Part shown: positions 10,573-20,460 of the stretch, in pieces | Numbering within the stretch: the first letter of the stretch is position 1 | Layout of the letters: each line of letters starts with the position of its first letter | Origin: an uncultured Alphaproteobacteria bacterium | Lineage (GTDB): Bacteria; Pseudomonadota; Alphaproteobacteria; UBA2966; CAIVPW01 | Assembly: GCA_903907895.1 (NCBI GenBank) | Contig: CAIVPW010000058.1 | Coordinates: 2,393-66,392, forward strand | Direction of reading: 5' to 3' | Length of the DNA stretch: 64,000 nucleotides | Notes under the pieces: generated by a model | Told to the model about the DNA's origin: nothing | Databases searched by the model: none | The model's input: the letters and a program-made list of their open reading frames with translations, nothing else | Made by a program: the position numbers and the translations under genes

Positions 10573-11152
10573 CCACCCGGTAGGCGTACCAGCCGACGAT
10601 CAGCAGGGTGACGGCATTGGACACTGGATTTACCCAGTTCTCCACATGATCGTACTGGTCGGCGAGCACGTAGCCCGCGCCGGCCAGGATGAGGATCCAC
10701 GCCAGCGATCCGACCGCCGAATACAGCAAGAACTTCAGGAACGGCATCGCCACGATCCCGGCCGGTACAGAGATGAGCGTGCGCACCGTCGGCACCACAC
10801 GCCCGAACAGCACCGAGAGGGAGCCGTAGCGGTCGAACCAATCGCGGGCCTGGTCAACCTCGCGTGGTGTGACGGTCATGAAGCGCCCGTAGCGGCTGGC
10901 TGCGATTGCCTTGACCCGGTGGAAACCGAAGGCGCGGCCGATGAAGTACCAGAATGCGGCACCGACCACGGACCCGAGCGTGGCCACCGCAATCACCATG
11001 CCGAACGAAAGGTCGCCCCGCGCGGCGGTGAAGCCGGCGAGTGGCACGATCACTTCGGACGGGATCGGCGGAAACAAGTTCTCGATCAGCATCAGCACGA
11101 AAAGCGCGCCATAGCCGCCGGTTTCCATGAAACCGGTGATCCAGTCAAACAT
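10550..11152 (-). CDS. DedA family inner-membrane protein
   Basis: 200-aa hydrophobic ORF with DedA/SNARE-associated patterns (LMLIENLFPPIPSEVIVPLAGF, RYGRFMT, LISVPAGI). Confidence 0.8.
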   Translation of the reverse strand: MFDWITGFMETGGYGALFVLMLIENLFPPIPSEVIVPLAGFTAARGDLSFGMVIAVATLGSVVGAAFWYFIGRAFGFHRVKAIAASRYGRFMTVTPREVDQARDWFDRYGSLSVLFGRVVPTVRTLISVPAGIVAMPFLKFLLYSAVGSLAWILILAGAGYVLADQYDHVENWVNPVSNAVTLLIVGWYAYRVVTFRADR

Positions 11153-11165
11153 CCTTGCCTTTCGA

Positions 11166-12236
11166 TTAACCGACTTGGGCGCGGTGCAGCAGCAGCTGGT
11201 CGGCCAGCACGCAGGCCATCATGGCTTCGCCGACCGGTACTGCGCGGATGCCGACGCATGGGTCGTGGCGGCCCTTGGTGACGACGTCGGTCTCCTCGCC
11301 GGAGGAAGTGATCGATCTGCGCGGGTTGGGAATGCTGGACGTCGGTTTCACCGCGAACCGCACCACGACCTCCTGGCCGCTCGAAATACCACCCAGGATG
11401 CCACCGGCATGGTTCGAGCCGAAGCGGACCTTGCCACCGTCCATGCGCATCTCGTCGGCGTTCTGCTCGCCGCGCAGGCGCGCCGAAGCCATCCCCGCGC
11501 CGATCTCGACGCCCTTCACGGCGTTGATGCTCATCATCGCGGCGGCGAGGTCGGCGTCGAGCTTGCCGTAGATAGGAGCGCCCCATCCGGCCGGAACACC
11601 TTCTGCGACCACCTCGATGACAGCGCCAATCGAGGAGCCCGCCTTGCGGACCTCGTCGAGATAGCCCTCCCATTTCCCGGCGGCCTGCGGGTCAGGGCAG
11701 AAGAATGGATTGCGGTCGATTTCGTCCCAATCCCAGCGTGTGCGGTCAATGGCGTGCTCGCCGATCTGGATGAGCGCGCCACGGATGCGTACGCCTGCCC
11801 CCAGCACCTTGCGCGCGACGGCACCGGCCGCGACGCGCGAGGCGGTCTCGCGCGCGGAGGCGCGCCCCGAGCCGCGGTAGTCGCGGATGCCGTACTTCTG
11901 GTCGTACGTGTAGTCGGCGTGGCCGGGACGGTATTTGTCCTTGATGTCGCCGTAGTCCTTCGACCGCGCGTCCACGTTTTCGATCATCAGGCTGATCGGC
12001 GTACCTGTGGTCTGACCCTCGAATACGCCCGACAGGATCCTCACCTCGTCGGGCTCACGGCGCTGGGTCACAAAGCGCGATGTGCCCGGCTTGCGGCGGT
12101 CGAGAAACGCCTGAATGTCCGCTTCTGCGAGCGGCAGCCGGGGTGGCACACCGTCGACAACGCACCCAATGGCCGGACCATGACTCTCGCCCCACGTCGT
12201 GAAGCGGAAGACCCGGCCGAAGGTGTTGAACGACAT
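11166..12236 (-). CDS. aroC: chorismate synthase
   Basis: Start at [32 protein letters not shown]... The 63-aa upstream extension in the ORF track is discarded. Conserved chorismate synthase motifs run throughout. Confidence 0.9.
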   Translation of the reverse strand: MSFNTFGRVFRFTTWGESHGPAIGCVVDGVPPRLPLAEADIQAFLDRRKPGTSRFVTQRREPDEVRILSGVFEGQTTGTPISLMIENVDARSKDYGDIKDKYRPGHADYTYDQKYGIRDYRGSGRASARETASRVAAGAVARKVLGAGVRIRGALIQIGEHAIDRTRWDWDEIDRNPFFCPDPQAAGKWEGYLDEVRKAGSSIGAVIEVVAEGVPAGWGAPIYGKLDADLAAAMMSINAVKGVEIGAGMASARLRGEQNADEMRMDGGKVRFGSNHAGGILGGISSGQEVVVRFAVKPTSSIPNPRRSITSSGEETDVVTKGRHDPCVGIRAVPVGEAMMACVLADQLLLHRAQVG

Positions 12237-13057
12237 TAGTGGTCGCCAGCGACGGCGATGTCGGGAGCATCCACCCGCTTCATGCCGTTGACGTGGTAGC
12301 CGGAGTCGACGTGATGGATTTCGCCCGTGACGCCGCGCGACAGGTCGCTCAGCAGATACAGGGCCGAGCACCCGACTTCCTCGATCGTCACGTTGCGCTT
12401 CAGCGCAGAGTTCAGCTCGTTCCACTTGAGGATGTAGCGGAAGTCGCCGATGGCCGAGGAAGCCAGCGTGCGGATCGGGCCGGCCGAGATGGCGTTGACG
12501 CGGATGTTGTTGCCGCCAAGATCCATCGCCAGATAGCGCACGGAAGCTTCGAGCGCGGCTTTGGCCACGCCCATGACGTTGTAGTGCGGCATCACCTTCT
12601 CAGCGCCGAAGTAGCTGAGCGTGATCATGCTGCCGCCCTTGGTCATCAGCTTTTCGGCGCGCTGCGCCATTGCGGTGAACGAGTAGCAGCTGGTCGCCAT
12701 GGTGACGGCAAAGTTCTCGGACGTGGTGTCGACGTAGCGTCCCTTGAGTTGGTCCTTGTCGGAGTACGCGATGGCGTGCACCACGAAATCGATGGTGGGC
12801 CAATCCCGTGCCACCGTCTCGAAGGCGCGGTCGAGGTCGGCTGGTTTGGTCGCGTCGCACAAGAAGACGCGTTCGGAACCGAGTTGCGCCGCGAGCGGCC
12901 GGACGCGCTTCTCCAGCGCTTCGTTGTAGGCGCTGAACGCGATCTCGGCGCCATGCTCCGCGAGCACCTTGGCGATGCCCCAAGCGATGGAACGCTCATT
13001 GGCGAGGCCAAAGATGACTCCGCGCTTGCCGGCCATCAAGGGACCTGGCTGGGTCAT
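12236..13057 (-). CDS. fabI: enoyl-[acyl-carrier-protein] reductase (NADH)
   Basis: [23 protein letters not shown] glycine-rich NAD-binding site and the SDR catalytic Y/K region ([16 protein letters not shown]). AAGGAG lies 6 nt upstream of the first ATG. The stop overlaps the aroC start (TAATG). Confidence 0.9.
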   Translation of the reverse strand: MTQPGPLMAGKRGVIFGLANERSIAWGIAKVLAEHGAEIAFSAYNEALEKRVRPLAAQLGSERVFLCDATKPADLDRAFETVARDWPTIDFVVHAIAYSDKDQLKGRYVDTTSENFAVTMATSCYSFTAMAQRAEKLMTKGGSMITLSYFGAEKVMPHYNVMGVAKAALEASVRYLAMDLGGNNIRVNAISAGPIRTLASSAIGDFRYILKWNELNSALKRNVTIEEVGCSALYLLSDLSRGVTGEIHHVDSGYHVNGMKRVDAPDIAVAGDH

Positions 13058-13151
13058 GCAACGCTCCTTGCGCGGTGAAGGGGGTGGCGGGCAGTGCGCC
13101 CGTGGCGGCGCATCCTACAGAAGGATGGATCGATGGCAACGGCCCTCGGCG

Positions 13152-14090
13152 CTAGCTACGCAAGCGTTTGCGTGGGTCGTAGGGGTGTCGTTTCTCCCAG
13201 TCACCCAGCGCCTTTTCAAGATCGCTGTCCACCGCATCCGGCAGGGTGACCAGCAGGCGAACCATCTGGTTGCCCTCCGGTTTGCCCTTGCGGCGAATGC
13301 CCTGGCCCTTGAGGCGCAAGTTGGTGCCCGTGTTGGAACCCGCCGGGATGTTCAGGGTGACCGTGCCATGGATCGTCGGCACCTCGACCTTGGCGCCCTT
13401 CACGGCTTCCAAAAGGGTGACCGGCAGGTCGATGCCGATGTCGTCGCCCTTGCGCTGGAACGTCCCGTCGGCGCGCACGGTCACGAGGATGCGCAGATCG
13501 ACATCCTTGTCGCGCAGCCGGATGGTCTGCCCGCTTTCGATGCCGGCCGGGATCGATACGTCGAAGCTGCGGCCATCGACAGTGATGCGCTTGGTGCCAC
13601 CGACCGCGGCATCAAGGAAGTCGACTTCCATCTCGAATTCGCCGGCGGTCGAAGGCTCCGCTTGCGGACGCGGACCCGCACCTGCGCCGCCACCGGTGAA
13701 GCCGCCCCGGAAGGCAGAGAACAGGTCGTCGAAGTTGAAGTTCATGCCGAACTCATCGAAGCCGCGCTGATCGCCCGCACGTCCGCCCGGTCCCCCGCGA
13801 AAGCCGCCCGCGCCCGGTGCGCCGGCATTGCCCCAGGGGCCGCCGCCGAATCCCGCATGCACGCGCTCACGGCCATCGGCGTCGATCTCGCCCTTGTCGA
13901 AGCGCGCGCGCTTCTTTTCGTCGCCGACGATGTCGTAGGCGGCGTTGATCTCCTTGAAGCGGTCCGCGGCGGCCTTGTCCCCCGGCCTTCGGTCGGGGTG
14001 GTTCTCTTTGGCCAGCGTGCGGTATTTCCGCTTGATGTCCGCCTGGGGCGCCGTACGCGGAATGCCCAGGACTTCGTACGGATTGCGCAT
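13152..14090 (-). CDS. DnaJ-like protein (J domain + DnaJ C-terminal domains, no Zn finger; CbpA-type)
   Basis: N-terminal J domain (YEVLGIPRTAPQADIKRKYRTLAKENHPDRRPGD), a Gly/Phe-rich linker and C-terminal DnaJ substrate-binding domains. No CxxCxGxG repeats. Confidence 0.8.
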   Translation of the reverse strand: MRNPYEVLGIPRTAPQADIKRKYRTLAKENHPDRRPGDKAAADRFKEINAAYDIVGDEKKRARFDKGEIDADGRERVHAGFGGGPWGNAGAPGAGGFRGGPGGRAGDQRGFDEFGMNFNFDDLFSAFRGGFTGGGAGAGPRPQAEPSTAGEFEMEVDFLDAAVGGTKRITVDGRSFDVSIPAGIESGQTIRLRDKDVDLRILVTVRADGTFQRKGDDIGIDLPVTLLEAVKGAKVEVPTIHGTVTLNIPAGSNTGTNLRLKGQGIRRKGKPEGNQMVRLLVTLPDAVDSDLEKALGDWEKRHPYDPRKRLRS

Positions 14091-14164
14091 CGCCTGTTAC
14101 CCGATTCGTGCGGGCGGAAACCCACACTGCTTGAAGTCCGATGTGGACATTTCTATCAGCAAAC

Positions 14165-15307
14165 TCAAGGCCTGACCGGGGCCGTCGCCGGAGTAGCCAT
14201 CGTCCGGGCTGCCCACAGCCGGGTGGCGCGCTCGAATTGATCGGTGTCCAAGGTGGGGCCTAGCCGTTCGACGCCCGCCGCGGCCTCGACGTGGCCCTGG
14301 ACGGCGGCCTGGGCCCACCACGCCACCGCGGCCGCAGGGTCGGGAGGTACGCCACGACCCTCGGCGTACAGCGTCCCGAGCAGGTACTGGGACTCTGGCT
14401 CCCCACCCACGGCCGGGCCATAGAGGGCGGCCGCCGCACTCGCCCAGTCGCCCCGGCTGAAAGCGGTGACCCCCGCCTGAGCCCGGTCGGCCAGGGCAAT
14501 CCGGTTCAGGCCGCGCCGTGCGTCCGCCGCCTCCGCCACCAGCAGGGCGGGCGCGGGCGGCTCCAAGGCGCCGAGCAGGCCCGGTCGTGGCGGCTCAGGC
14601 ATTGCCGGCTCGGGCGGCGGAAAATTGGCCTGCATCGGTTGTTCGCCGGCGGTTAGGCCGCGCACGATGGCCCAGCTGAGTTCGGCCGAGAGTCGGGCGT
14701 TCGGACTCTCGGCGGGTGCACCGCCAAGGCGCTGCAGCCGGTTGCGGGCCGACACCACGCGGTCAATGGCGCCGGGCTGGCCCGCTTCGGCCGCCAGCAC
14801 GTACCAGCCGATCGCCGTCCGGTCATCGGGATCGACCCCAAGTCCGCGCTCGAACAGTAGCCCGAGATTGTAGAGCGCCGGAGCGAATCTGCTTTCGGCG
14901 GCGCGCAGCAGCCACGCCTGCGCCGCGACGTAATCCGACGCCAGGCCTTCGCCCGCGAGGTACATCATCGCGATGCTGTTCGCGGCAGAAGGATCGCCTG
15001 ACTCCGCTGCCAGGCGATACCAGTAGAAGGCGGCGCCCGCGTCCTGGGTAACACCGCGCCCGGATTGCAGGAGCAGGGCGATGTTGCGTTGCGCGTCGGC
15101 GTCGCCTCCGTGCGCGAGCGGTAGCCATGCCGAGTAGGCCGCGCCGAAGTCGCCCGCCTCAAACGCTGCGACCCCAACTTCGTACGCCGATGGCTCGGCT
15201 GCCGAGGTTGGGGTCGCAGGCAAAAGCGCCAAGCTCAAAAGCGCGGTACCAAGCCCGATGTTCCGCACCCAGAGCAGAATGCGCCCGGGGCCACGGTAAT
15301 TGCTCAT
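14165..15307 (-). CDS. secreted Sel1-repeat (TPR-like) protein
   Basis: N-terminal signal peptide (LGTALLSLALLPATPTSAAEP), repeated A..Y..AAE.G. / A...LG.LY Sel1 units and a central Pro-rich linker (PPPEPAMPEPPRPG). Confidence 0.75.
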   Translation of the reverse strand: MSNYRGPGRILLWVRNIGLGTALLSLALLPATPTSAAEPSAYEVGVAAFEAGDFGAAYSAWLPLAHGGDADAQRNIALLLQSGRGVTQDAGAAFYWYRLAAESGDPSAANSIAMMYLAGEGLASDYVAAQAWLLRAAESRFAPALYNLGLLFERGLGVDPDDRTAIGWYVLAAEAGQPGAIDRVVSARNRLQRLGGAPAESPNARLSAELSWAIVRGLTAGEQPMQANFPPPEPAMPEPPRPGLLGALEPPAPALLVAEAADARRGLNRIALADRAQAGVTAFSRGDWASAAAALYGPAVGGEPESQYLLGTLYAEGRGVPPDPAAAVAWWAQAAVQGHVEAAAGVERLGPTLDTDQFERATRLWAARTMATPATAPVRP

Positions 15308-15348
15308 TCGATGCGGATGCGACAGAACGCCGTTACGCCACTAACAAG

Positions 15349-15846
15349 CTACTGGATCTTCCACTGACCGTCGGGCTGGCGGCACGCAGTGCCATAGGCC
15401 TGCTGCGTCTCGCCGCCGACCGTTACGGTCTGCTGGTATTCCCGGCAATAGACACCCGGGCGCGGCTCCGTCCTGTTGAGTGGAGTGATCGTGCCGTAGT
15501 GCCCGCTGTCCGGGTTACGCCATTGCGCGGTCGTGTTGCGCGGCGTCTCGTTCAACGCGTGTTCGGTCGTCTGAGCCATCAGACGGCGGTCTGTCGCATC
15601 CATCGAACGGCCGACTTCACCGCCGATCGCGGCACCAAGCAGAGTGCCGACACCGACGGCCGCGAGCTGGCCTGTCCCGCGTCCAAATTGTGCGCCCGCC
15701 AATCCGCCGGCGAGAGCACCGATGATCGTTCCGGCCTGTTGATTTTCACCGCCGGAGCAGCCGGCGAGGGTGACGGCAACAAGGGCCGCCGCCGTGGCTG
15801 CTTTCAGGGTTTGCTTCACGGAATTGCCTCTCAGGGTTTGGAACAT
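15349..15846 (-). CDS. glycine-zipper outer-membrane lipoprotein (17 kDa surface antigen-like)
   Basis: Start at MFQTLRGNS... with a lipobox (LAGC). Gly-zipper segment GALAGGLAGAQFG...GVGTLLGAAIGG, then a Cys-containing C-terminal domain. The 80-aa ORF-track extension is discarded. Confidence 0.65.
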   Translation of the reverse strand: MFQTLRGNSVKQTLKAATAAALVAVTLAGCSGGENQQAGTIIGALAGGLAGAQFGRGTGQLAAVGVGTLLGAAIGGEVGRSMDATDRRLMAQTTEHALNETPRNTTAQWRNPDSGHYGTITPLNRTEPRPGVYCREYQQTVTVGGETQQAYGTACRQPDGQWKIQ

Positions 15847-15943
15847 GTCGTCCCCCGCGCCAAGTATACCGCGTCCCCCGCTTTCCGTAATGTGAACCCG
15901 ACGCCAGGCGCGAGCGTCACAATGCAGGCAGGTAGCCGCAAGC

Positions 15944-16528
15944 ATGTCACAACCCATTGACCCATATACGATTTTTTCCGACTGGATGAGCGAGGCCGAG
16001 CGGGCCGATCCAGTGAATCCGAACGCCGCGGCGTTGGCCACCGCAACGGCCGACGGCATTCCCTCGGTCCGGATGGTGCTGCTCAAGGGGGTCGATGACC
16101 GGGGGTTCGTCTTCTATACGAACGACGAAAGCCAGAAGGGGCGCGAACTCACAGCGAACCCAAATGCGGCCATGTGCTTCTTCTGGCGGCCGCTCGCTCG
16201 TCAGATTCGCATTCAGGGACCGGTGGAACGAGTGACGGCGGCCGAGGCCGACGCCTATTTTGCCAGCCGGCCGCGCGACTCGCGGATCGGCGCCTGGGCA
16301 TCGCAGCAATCCCGTCCGCTCAAGGGCCGCCTCGCCCTGGAACAGGCCGTGGCCAAGTACGCCCTCAAGTACGCGGTGGGCGAAGTGCCGCGGCCGTCGT
16401 ATTGGAACGGGTTCCGGATTCTTCCTGCCGTCATCGAATTTTGGCGTGAGCGGCCGTTCCGGCTGCACGAGCGCGTGGTATACCGGCGCGCCGGTGCCGG
16501 CTGGCAAACCGAGGAGCTTTATCCGTGA
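15944..16528 (+). CDS. pdxH: pyridoxamine 5'-phosphate oxidase
   Basis: 194-aa ORF with PNPOx motifs ([33 protein letters not shown]). Confidence 0.9.
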   Translation: MSQPIDPYTIFSDWMSEAERADPVNPNAAALATATADGIPSVRMVLLKGVDDRGFVFYTNDESQKGRELTANPNAAMCFFWRPLARQIRIQGPVERVTAAEADAYFASRPRDSRIGAWASQQSRPLKGRLALEQAVAKYALKYAVGEVPRPSYWNGFRILPAVIEFWRERPFRLHERVVYRRAGAGWQTEELYP

Positions 16529-17493
16529 CGGCGACCACTCAGATTGGAACCGACGCGGGCGCGGCCGCATTCCAGGCGCCCAAGGCCCGCATGCATCCCG
16601 GCTCGCCCGAGGCGCGCTTGGTGCGCACGGCTACGTACGCCTCGGTGGCCGTCGCCCTGACGCTGATCATCACGAAGTTCGTCGTCTGGCGCATGTCCGG
16701 CTCGGTGTCTTTGCTCGGCTCGCTGCTCGATTCGAGCCTCGACGTGATGGCCTCGCTCATCTCCCTCTTCGCCGTGCGCCACGCCTTGGTGCCGGCCGAC
16801 CGCGAGCACCGCTTCGGCCATGGCAAGGCCGAGGCATTGGCGGCGCTGGGGCAGGGGCTCTTCGTCGGAGGCTCGGCGATCGCGCTGCTGGTGCAGGCGG
16901 TGCAGCGCGTGATCGTGCCGGCAAACTTGCCCAACAGCGTGTGGGCTCTCGCGGTCATGGTGCTGTCGCTGGTGCTCACCATTTCGTTGGTGAGTTACCA
17001 ACGCTATGTGGTCAAGCGCACGGGCTCTCTCGTGGTGTCGGCTGACTCCCTGCACTACGCCACGGACATGCTCATCAACTGCGGCATCATCGTTGGCCTC
17101 GGCGCTGTTTGGGTGCTGGGTTGGACGATGGTCGATCCCCTTCTGGCGATCGCCATATCGATCTACTTGCTCTATTCGGCGTGGAAGATCGCGCGCACCT
17201 CGATCGATCACCTGATGGATCGCGAGTTCAGCGACGCGGATCGCAAGATCATCCGCGAGGCCGTTCTCTCGCACCCCCAGGTACGCGCGATGCACGACTT
17301 GCGCACGCGCTCCGCAGGCGCGCGCCAGTTCATCCAGCTGCACCTAGAACTGGATGGAAGCCTGACGTTGCTGCAGGCGCACAAAATCTCGGATGAGGTC
17401 GAAAGCCTCGTCATCGCAAAGTTCCCAAGCGCCGAAGTGCTGATCCATGAAGACCCCGCAGGGGTTCGAGAGGCCCGCGCCAGCTTTGCTTGA
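16525..17493 (+). CDS. cation diffusion facilitator family transporter
   Basis: Six predicted TM helices with the CDF signature ([40 protein letters not shown]) and a C-terminal cytoplasmic domain. ATGA overlap with pdxH. Confidence 0.85.
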   Translation: MTATTQIGTDAGAAAFQAPKARMHPGSPEARLVRTATYASVAVALTLIITKFVVWRMSGSVSLLGSLLDSSLDVMASLISLFAVRHALVPADREHRFGHGKAEALAALGQGLFVGGSAIALLVQAVQRVIVPANLPNSVWALAVMVLSLVLTISLVSYQRYVVKRTGSLVVSADSLHYATDMLINCGIIVGLGAVWVLGWTMVDPLLAIAISIYLLYSAWKIARTSIDHLMDREFSDADRKIIREAVLSHPQVRAMHDLRTRSAGARQFIQLHLELDGSLTLLQAHKISDEVESLVIAKFPSAEVLIHEDPAGVREARASFA

Positions 17494-18052
17494 GTGGGCG
17501 CCGCGGATTCAGGGTCCGCGGCTCGTCGTGATCGGTGGTCTATCCGGCACGGGCAAAACGACGCAAGCGCTGCTGCTGGCGTCGCTGCTCGGTAAGGCGC
17601 CCGGGGCAATGGTGCTGCGCAGCGACATTGTCAGGAAGCGCCTTTCTGGCGTCGAGCCCACGGTTCGCCTCGGTGCCGAAGGCTATACCCAGCAGATGAC
17701 GGCGCGCGTCTACAACGCAATAACGGGTGTCGCGGAACGCACGCTGCGGAGCGGGCAGGCCGTCGTCATCGATGCTGTCGCAGCTCGCGCAGAGGAGCGA
17801 GCCGGGTTCGAGGCCGCTGCGGCAAGGGCCGGTGCGCCCTTCTTGGGGATTTGGCTGTCCGCTCCGCTCAAGCTTCGCCTGCGGCGAGTCACTGCTCGCC
17901 GGGGTGATGCATCGGACGCCGACGCCTCCGTCGTGCAGGCGCAAGAAACGTTCGATATCGGGCCGCTGACATGGCGCGTACTCGACGCGGCCCAGGCGCC
18001 GGAGTACGTGCACGGCGAGATCCTGGCCGACTTGCTCGCAAGCCAAGCGTGA
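17447..18052 (+). CDS. P-loop NTPase, predicted kinase (AAA_33 / zeta-toxin-like fold)
   Basis: Walker A (GGLSGTGKTT) and the overall size of small nucleotide/sugar kinases. The 5' boundary is uncertain because of a 47-bp overlap with the CDF gene. Confidence 0.6.
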   Translation: MKTPQGFERPAPALLEWAPRIQGPRLVVIGGLSGTGKTTQALLLASLLGKAPGAMVLRSDIVRKRLSGVEPTVRLGAEGYTQQMTARVYNAITGVAERTLRSGQAVVIDAVAARAEERAGFEAAAARAGAPFLGIWLSAPLKLRLRRVTARRGDASDADASVVQAQETFDIGPLTWRVLDAAQAPEYVHGEILADLLASQA

Positions 18053-18573
18053 AGCCCCGCATTCTCTTTGACGATGGTGCCATTGCGCGGCGCATCGCCG
18101 CGCTGTCAGCGGAGATCGCCGCGGCTCTGCCGCCGGACTTCCTCGCGGTCGGCGTTCTTAAAGGGAGCTTCGTCTTCCTAGCCGACCTGGTGCGGGCGCT
18201 CGACAAGGTGGGGATGCGACCGGAGGTCGAGTTCATGCGCCTTTCAAGCTACGGGCGTTCGCGTGAAAGCTCGGGCACCGTCCGCTTGCTGGGCGAACCG
18301 CCCGCCGCGCTGACGGGACGCGAAGTGCTGCTGGTTGACGACATTGCAGACAGCGGCGTGTCACTTGAATACGCGCACCGGTTCCTGCAGGAGCGCGGCG
18401 CGGCGCGCGTGCGTACCTGCGTTCTGCTCGACAAGCCGTCGCGGCGGCGCGTGCAGTGCGTGCCGGAATTCGTTGGGTTCACCGTGGGCGATGAGTTCGT
18501 TGTCGGATACGGCCTGGATGACGCCGAACGGTATCGTCATCTTCCCTATCTCGGCGCGCTCGACCAAGCTTGA
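18049..18573 (+). CDS. hpt: hypoxanthine phosphoribosyltransferase
   Basis: GTG start overlapping the previous stop (GTGA). PRPP-binding motif VLLVDDIADSGVSL; typical Hpt length of about 175 aa. Confidence 0.85.
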   Translation: MKPRILFDDGAIARRIAALSAEIAAALPPDFLAVGVLKGSFVFLADLVRALDKVGMRPEVEFMRLSSYGRSRESSGTVRLLGEPPAALTGREVLLVDDIADSGVSLEYAHRFLQERGAARVRTCVLLDKPSRRRVQCVPEFVGFTVGDEFVVGYGLDDAERYRHLPYLGALDQA

Positions 18574-18721
18574 GCTTGAGTTTCGCGCAATGTGTTGACT
18601 GTAGAAGCGTGCGCAACGAACGCGCTGCACAGCGCGTCTTCCGCGCAACTTTGTGCGAAAATGCGCCAAGCGAAGTGAAATATCGGTTGAACACCCGAGT
18701 CGCCTCCCTATCATTTGGGGT

Positions 18722-20011
18722 ATGCAATATCGGGTAGTAGCGTTCGCGTTTCTCGCCGCCCTCCCGGGCATCGTCGGTACAACGCAGGCTGCCGTCCCCG
18801 GCACCCTCCCAACGCAAACGACTAAGAACGACCGTGCCGACCAGGGCGGTCCGATGCGCGAGTGGATGCAGCTTGCCGAAGAAGGCGATGCGCGCGCGCA
18901 GTTCAATGTTGGCCTGATGTACGAGGCCGGCGTAGGTACCAAGCAGGACTTCGCCGAAGCGATTCGCTGGTACCAACTCTCTGCGGCACAGAGTTACCCG
19001 GACGCCGAGCGTGCGCTGGGCTTGATGAACGAATTCGGTCGGGGTTTGACCAAGAATCCCGAGGAGGCTGCGCGGTGGTATCGCCTCGGAGCCGACCACG
19101 GCAGCGCGAAGGCCGCCTTCAACCTGGGCAACGCATATCGGCAGGGCACGGGCGTGGCGCGCGACGATACGGAGGCCGTGCGCTGGTACCGCATCGCCGC
19201 CGAGCGCGGTGACATCGATGGTCAGGTTGCTGTCGGCGTGATGTACGGCATCGGCCGGGGTGTCGAGCGCAACGCGGCCGAAGCGGCGCGCTGGTACACG
19301 GCGGCGGCGGAAGGCGGCGATGCACGGGCGCAATTCAACCTAGGCCTGTCGTTCGAGCGCGGCGAAGGTGTGCCCCAGGATTTCACGCAAGCGCTGGCTT
19401 GGTATCGCGCGGCAGCGGAGCAAGGGGATGCGAGCGGTCTCCGCGCCGTAGGCGTGATGTACGCCCTCGGCCGCGGCTTGCAGCGCGATCCTGCCGAGGC
19501 CATGCGCTGGTACGCGCTGGCGGCCGACAAGGGCGATGTCATCGCGCAATTCAACCTCGCGGCGGGCCTCGATGCCGGCCGCGGCGTGACGCAGAATCAG
19601 GTCGAAGCAGCACGTTGGTACCGCAAGGCGGCCGAGGCTGGTTTGGTGAACGCGCAGTTCAGTCTGGCGCTCGCCTACGAATCCGGCACGGGCGTTGCGG
19701 CCGACCTCGCGGAGGCCACTCGGTGGTTCCTGCGGGCGGCGAACCAGGGCGACGTCCCCTCGGCGCGCAAGGTCGCCGGATTTTATGAGGCCGGCACCGC
19801 TGTACCGCAGAACTTCGAGGAGGCGGTGCGCTGGTACACCGTCGCGGCCACCAAAGGCGACGTGTTTTCCCTCGAGCGCCTGGGCGACCTCTATTGGGCG
19901 CTCGGCCGCCAGGACGACGCCCGAGGGGCTTGGCAGCAGGCCCAGGGCCGCACAACGGAGCAGGCGGCACTCGATCGCCTGCAGCGCAAGCAGGCGGGAC
20001 AGACGAACTAG
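18722..20011 (+). CDS. secreted Sel1-repeat protein (about 10 Sel1 units)
   Basis: Signal peptide (MQYRVVAFAFLAALPGIVGTTQA), then many repeats of the AQFNLG.MYE.G.GV..D..EA.RWY..AA..G pattern. Confidence 0.8.
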   Translation: MQYRVVAFAFLAALPGIVGTTQAAVPGTLPTQTTKNDRADQGGPMREWMQLAEEGDARAQFNVGLMYEAGVGTKQDFAEAIRWYQLSAAQSYPDAERALGLMNEFGRGLTKNPEEAARWYRLGADHGSAKAAFNLGNAYRQGTGVARDDTEAVRWYRIAAERGDIDGQVAVGVMYGIGRGVERNAAEAARWYTAAAEGGDARAQFNLGLSFERGEGVPQDFTQALAWYRAAAEQGDASGLRAVGVMYALGRGLQRDPAEAMRWYALAADKGDVIAQFNLAAGLDAGRGVTQNQVEAARWYRKAAEAGLVNAQFSLALAYESGTGVAADLAEATRWFLRAANQGDVPSARKVAGFYEAGTAVPQNFEEAVRWYTVAATKGDVFSLERLGDLYWALGRQDDARGAWQQAQGRTTEQAALDRLQRKQAGQTN

Positions 20012-20138
20012 TAGCGCTCAGCTTGTGAAGGGGGCGCCCCGTACGCCTTGCTAACCCGGCGTCTGGCTGACCATACTTCGTCCGCGCGTAGGGGCCATGG
20101 CGCCGTGCTGTGGATGAGGCGCGCTTGTGGAGGCACCA

Positions 20139-20384
20139 ATGAACAAGATGATCGCCGCTATCCTCGCGGTTGGCATGATGGTTTTCGCCGGCGTCGCTTC
20201 GGCCGCCGACGTGAAGGGCGCGATCACTGCGGTGAACGCGCAGGCCCGCACCGTCACTGTCAACGGCGTGGCGTACACCTTCCCGGCCAACGTTGACATG
20301 GCCGGCCTGGCCGTGGGTCAGACCGTCAACCTGACCTACGCGACCGCCAACAACGTCAACACCGTTTCGAAGGTCACGAAGTAA
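20139..20384 (+). CDS. small secreted protein, DUF1344-like (paralog 1)
   Basis: MNKMIAAILAVGMMVFAGVASA signal peptide, then ADVKGAITAVNAQARTVTVNGVAYTFPANVDMAGLAVGQTVNLTYATANNVNTVSKVTK. GGAGG 7 nt upstream; strong terminator follows. Confidence 0.7.
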   Translation: MNKMIAAILAVGMMVFAGVASAADVKGAITAVNAQARTVTVNGVAYTFPANVDMAGLAVGQTVNLTYATANNVNTVSKVTK

Positions 20385-20413
20385 GTTTCGCTCTTACTTC
20401 TCCAACGAAGAAC

Positions 20414-20445
20414 GGGCGCGCCTTGCGGCGCGCCCGTTTTCGTTT
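20414..20445. terminator. bidirectional rho-independent terminator
   Basis: GGGCGCGCC-TTGC-GGCGCGCCC hairpin followed by GTTTTCGTTT. Sits between the convergent paralog 1 and the large membrane protein. Confidence 0.7.
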
Positions 20446-20460
20446 GGGGAAGCAGTTCCG

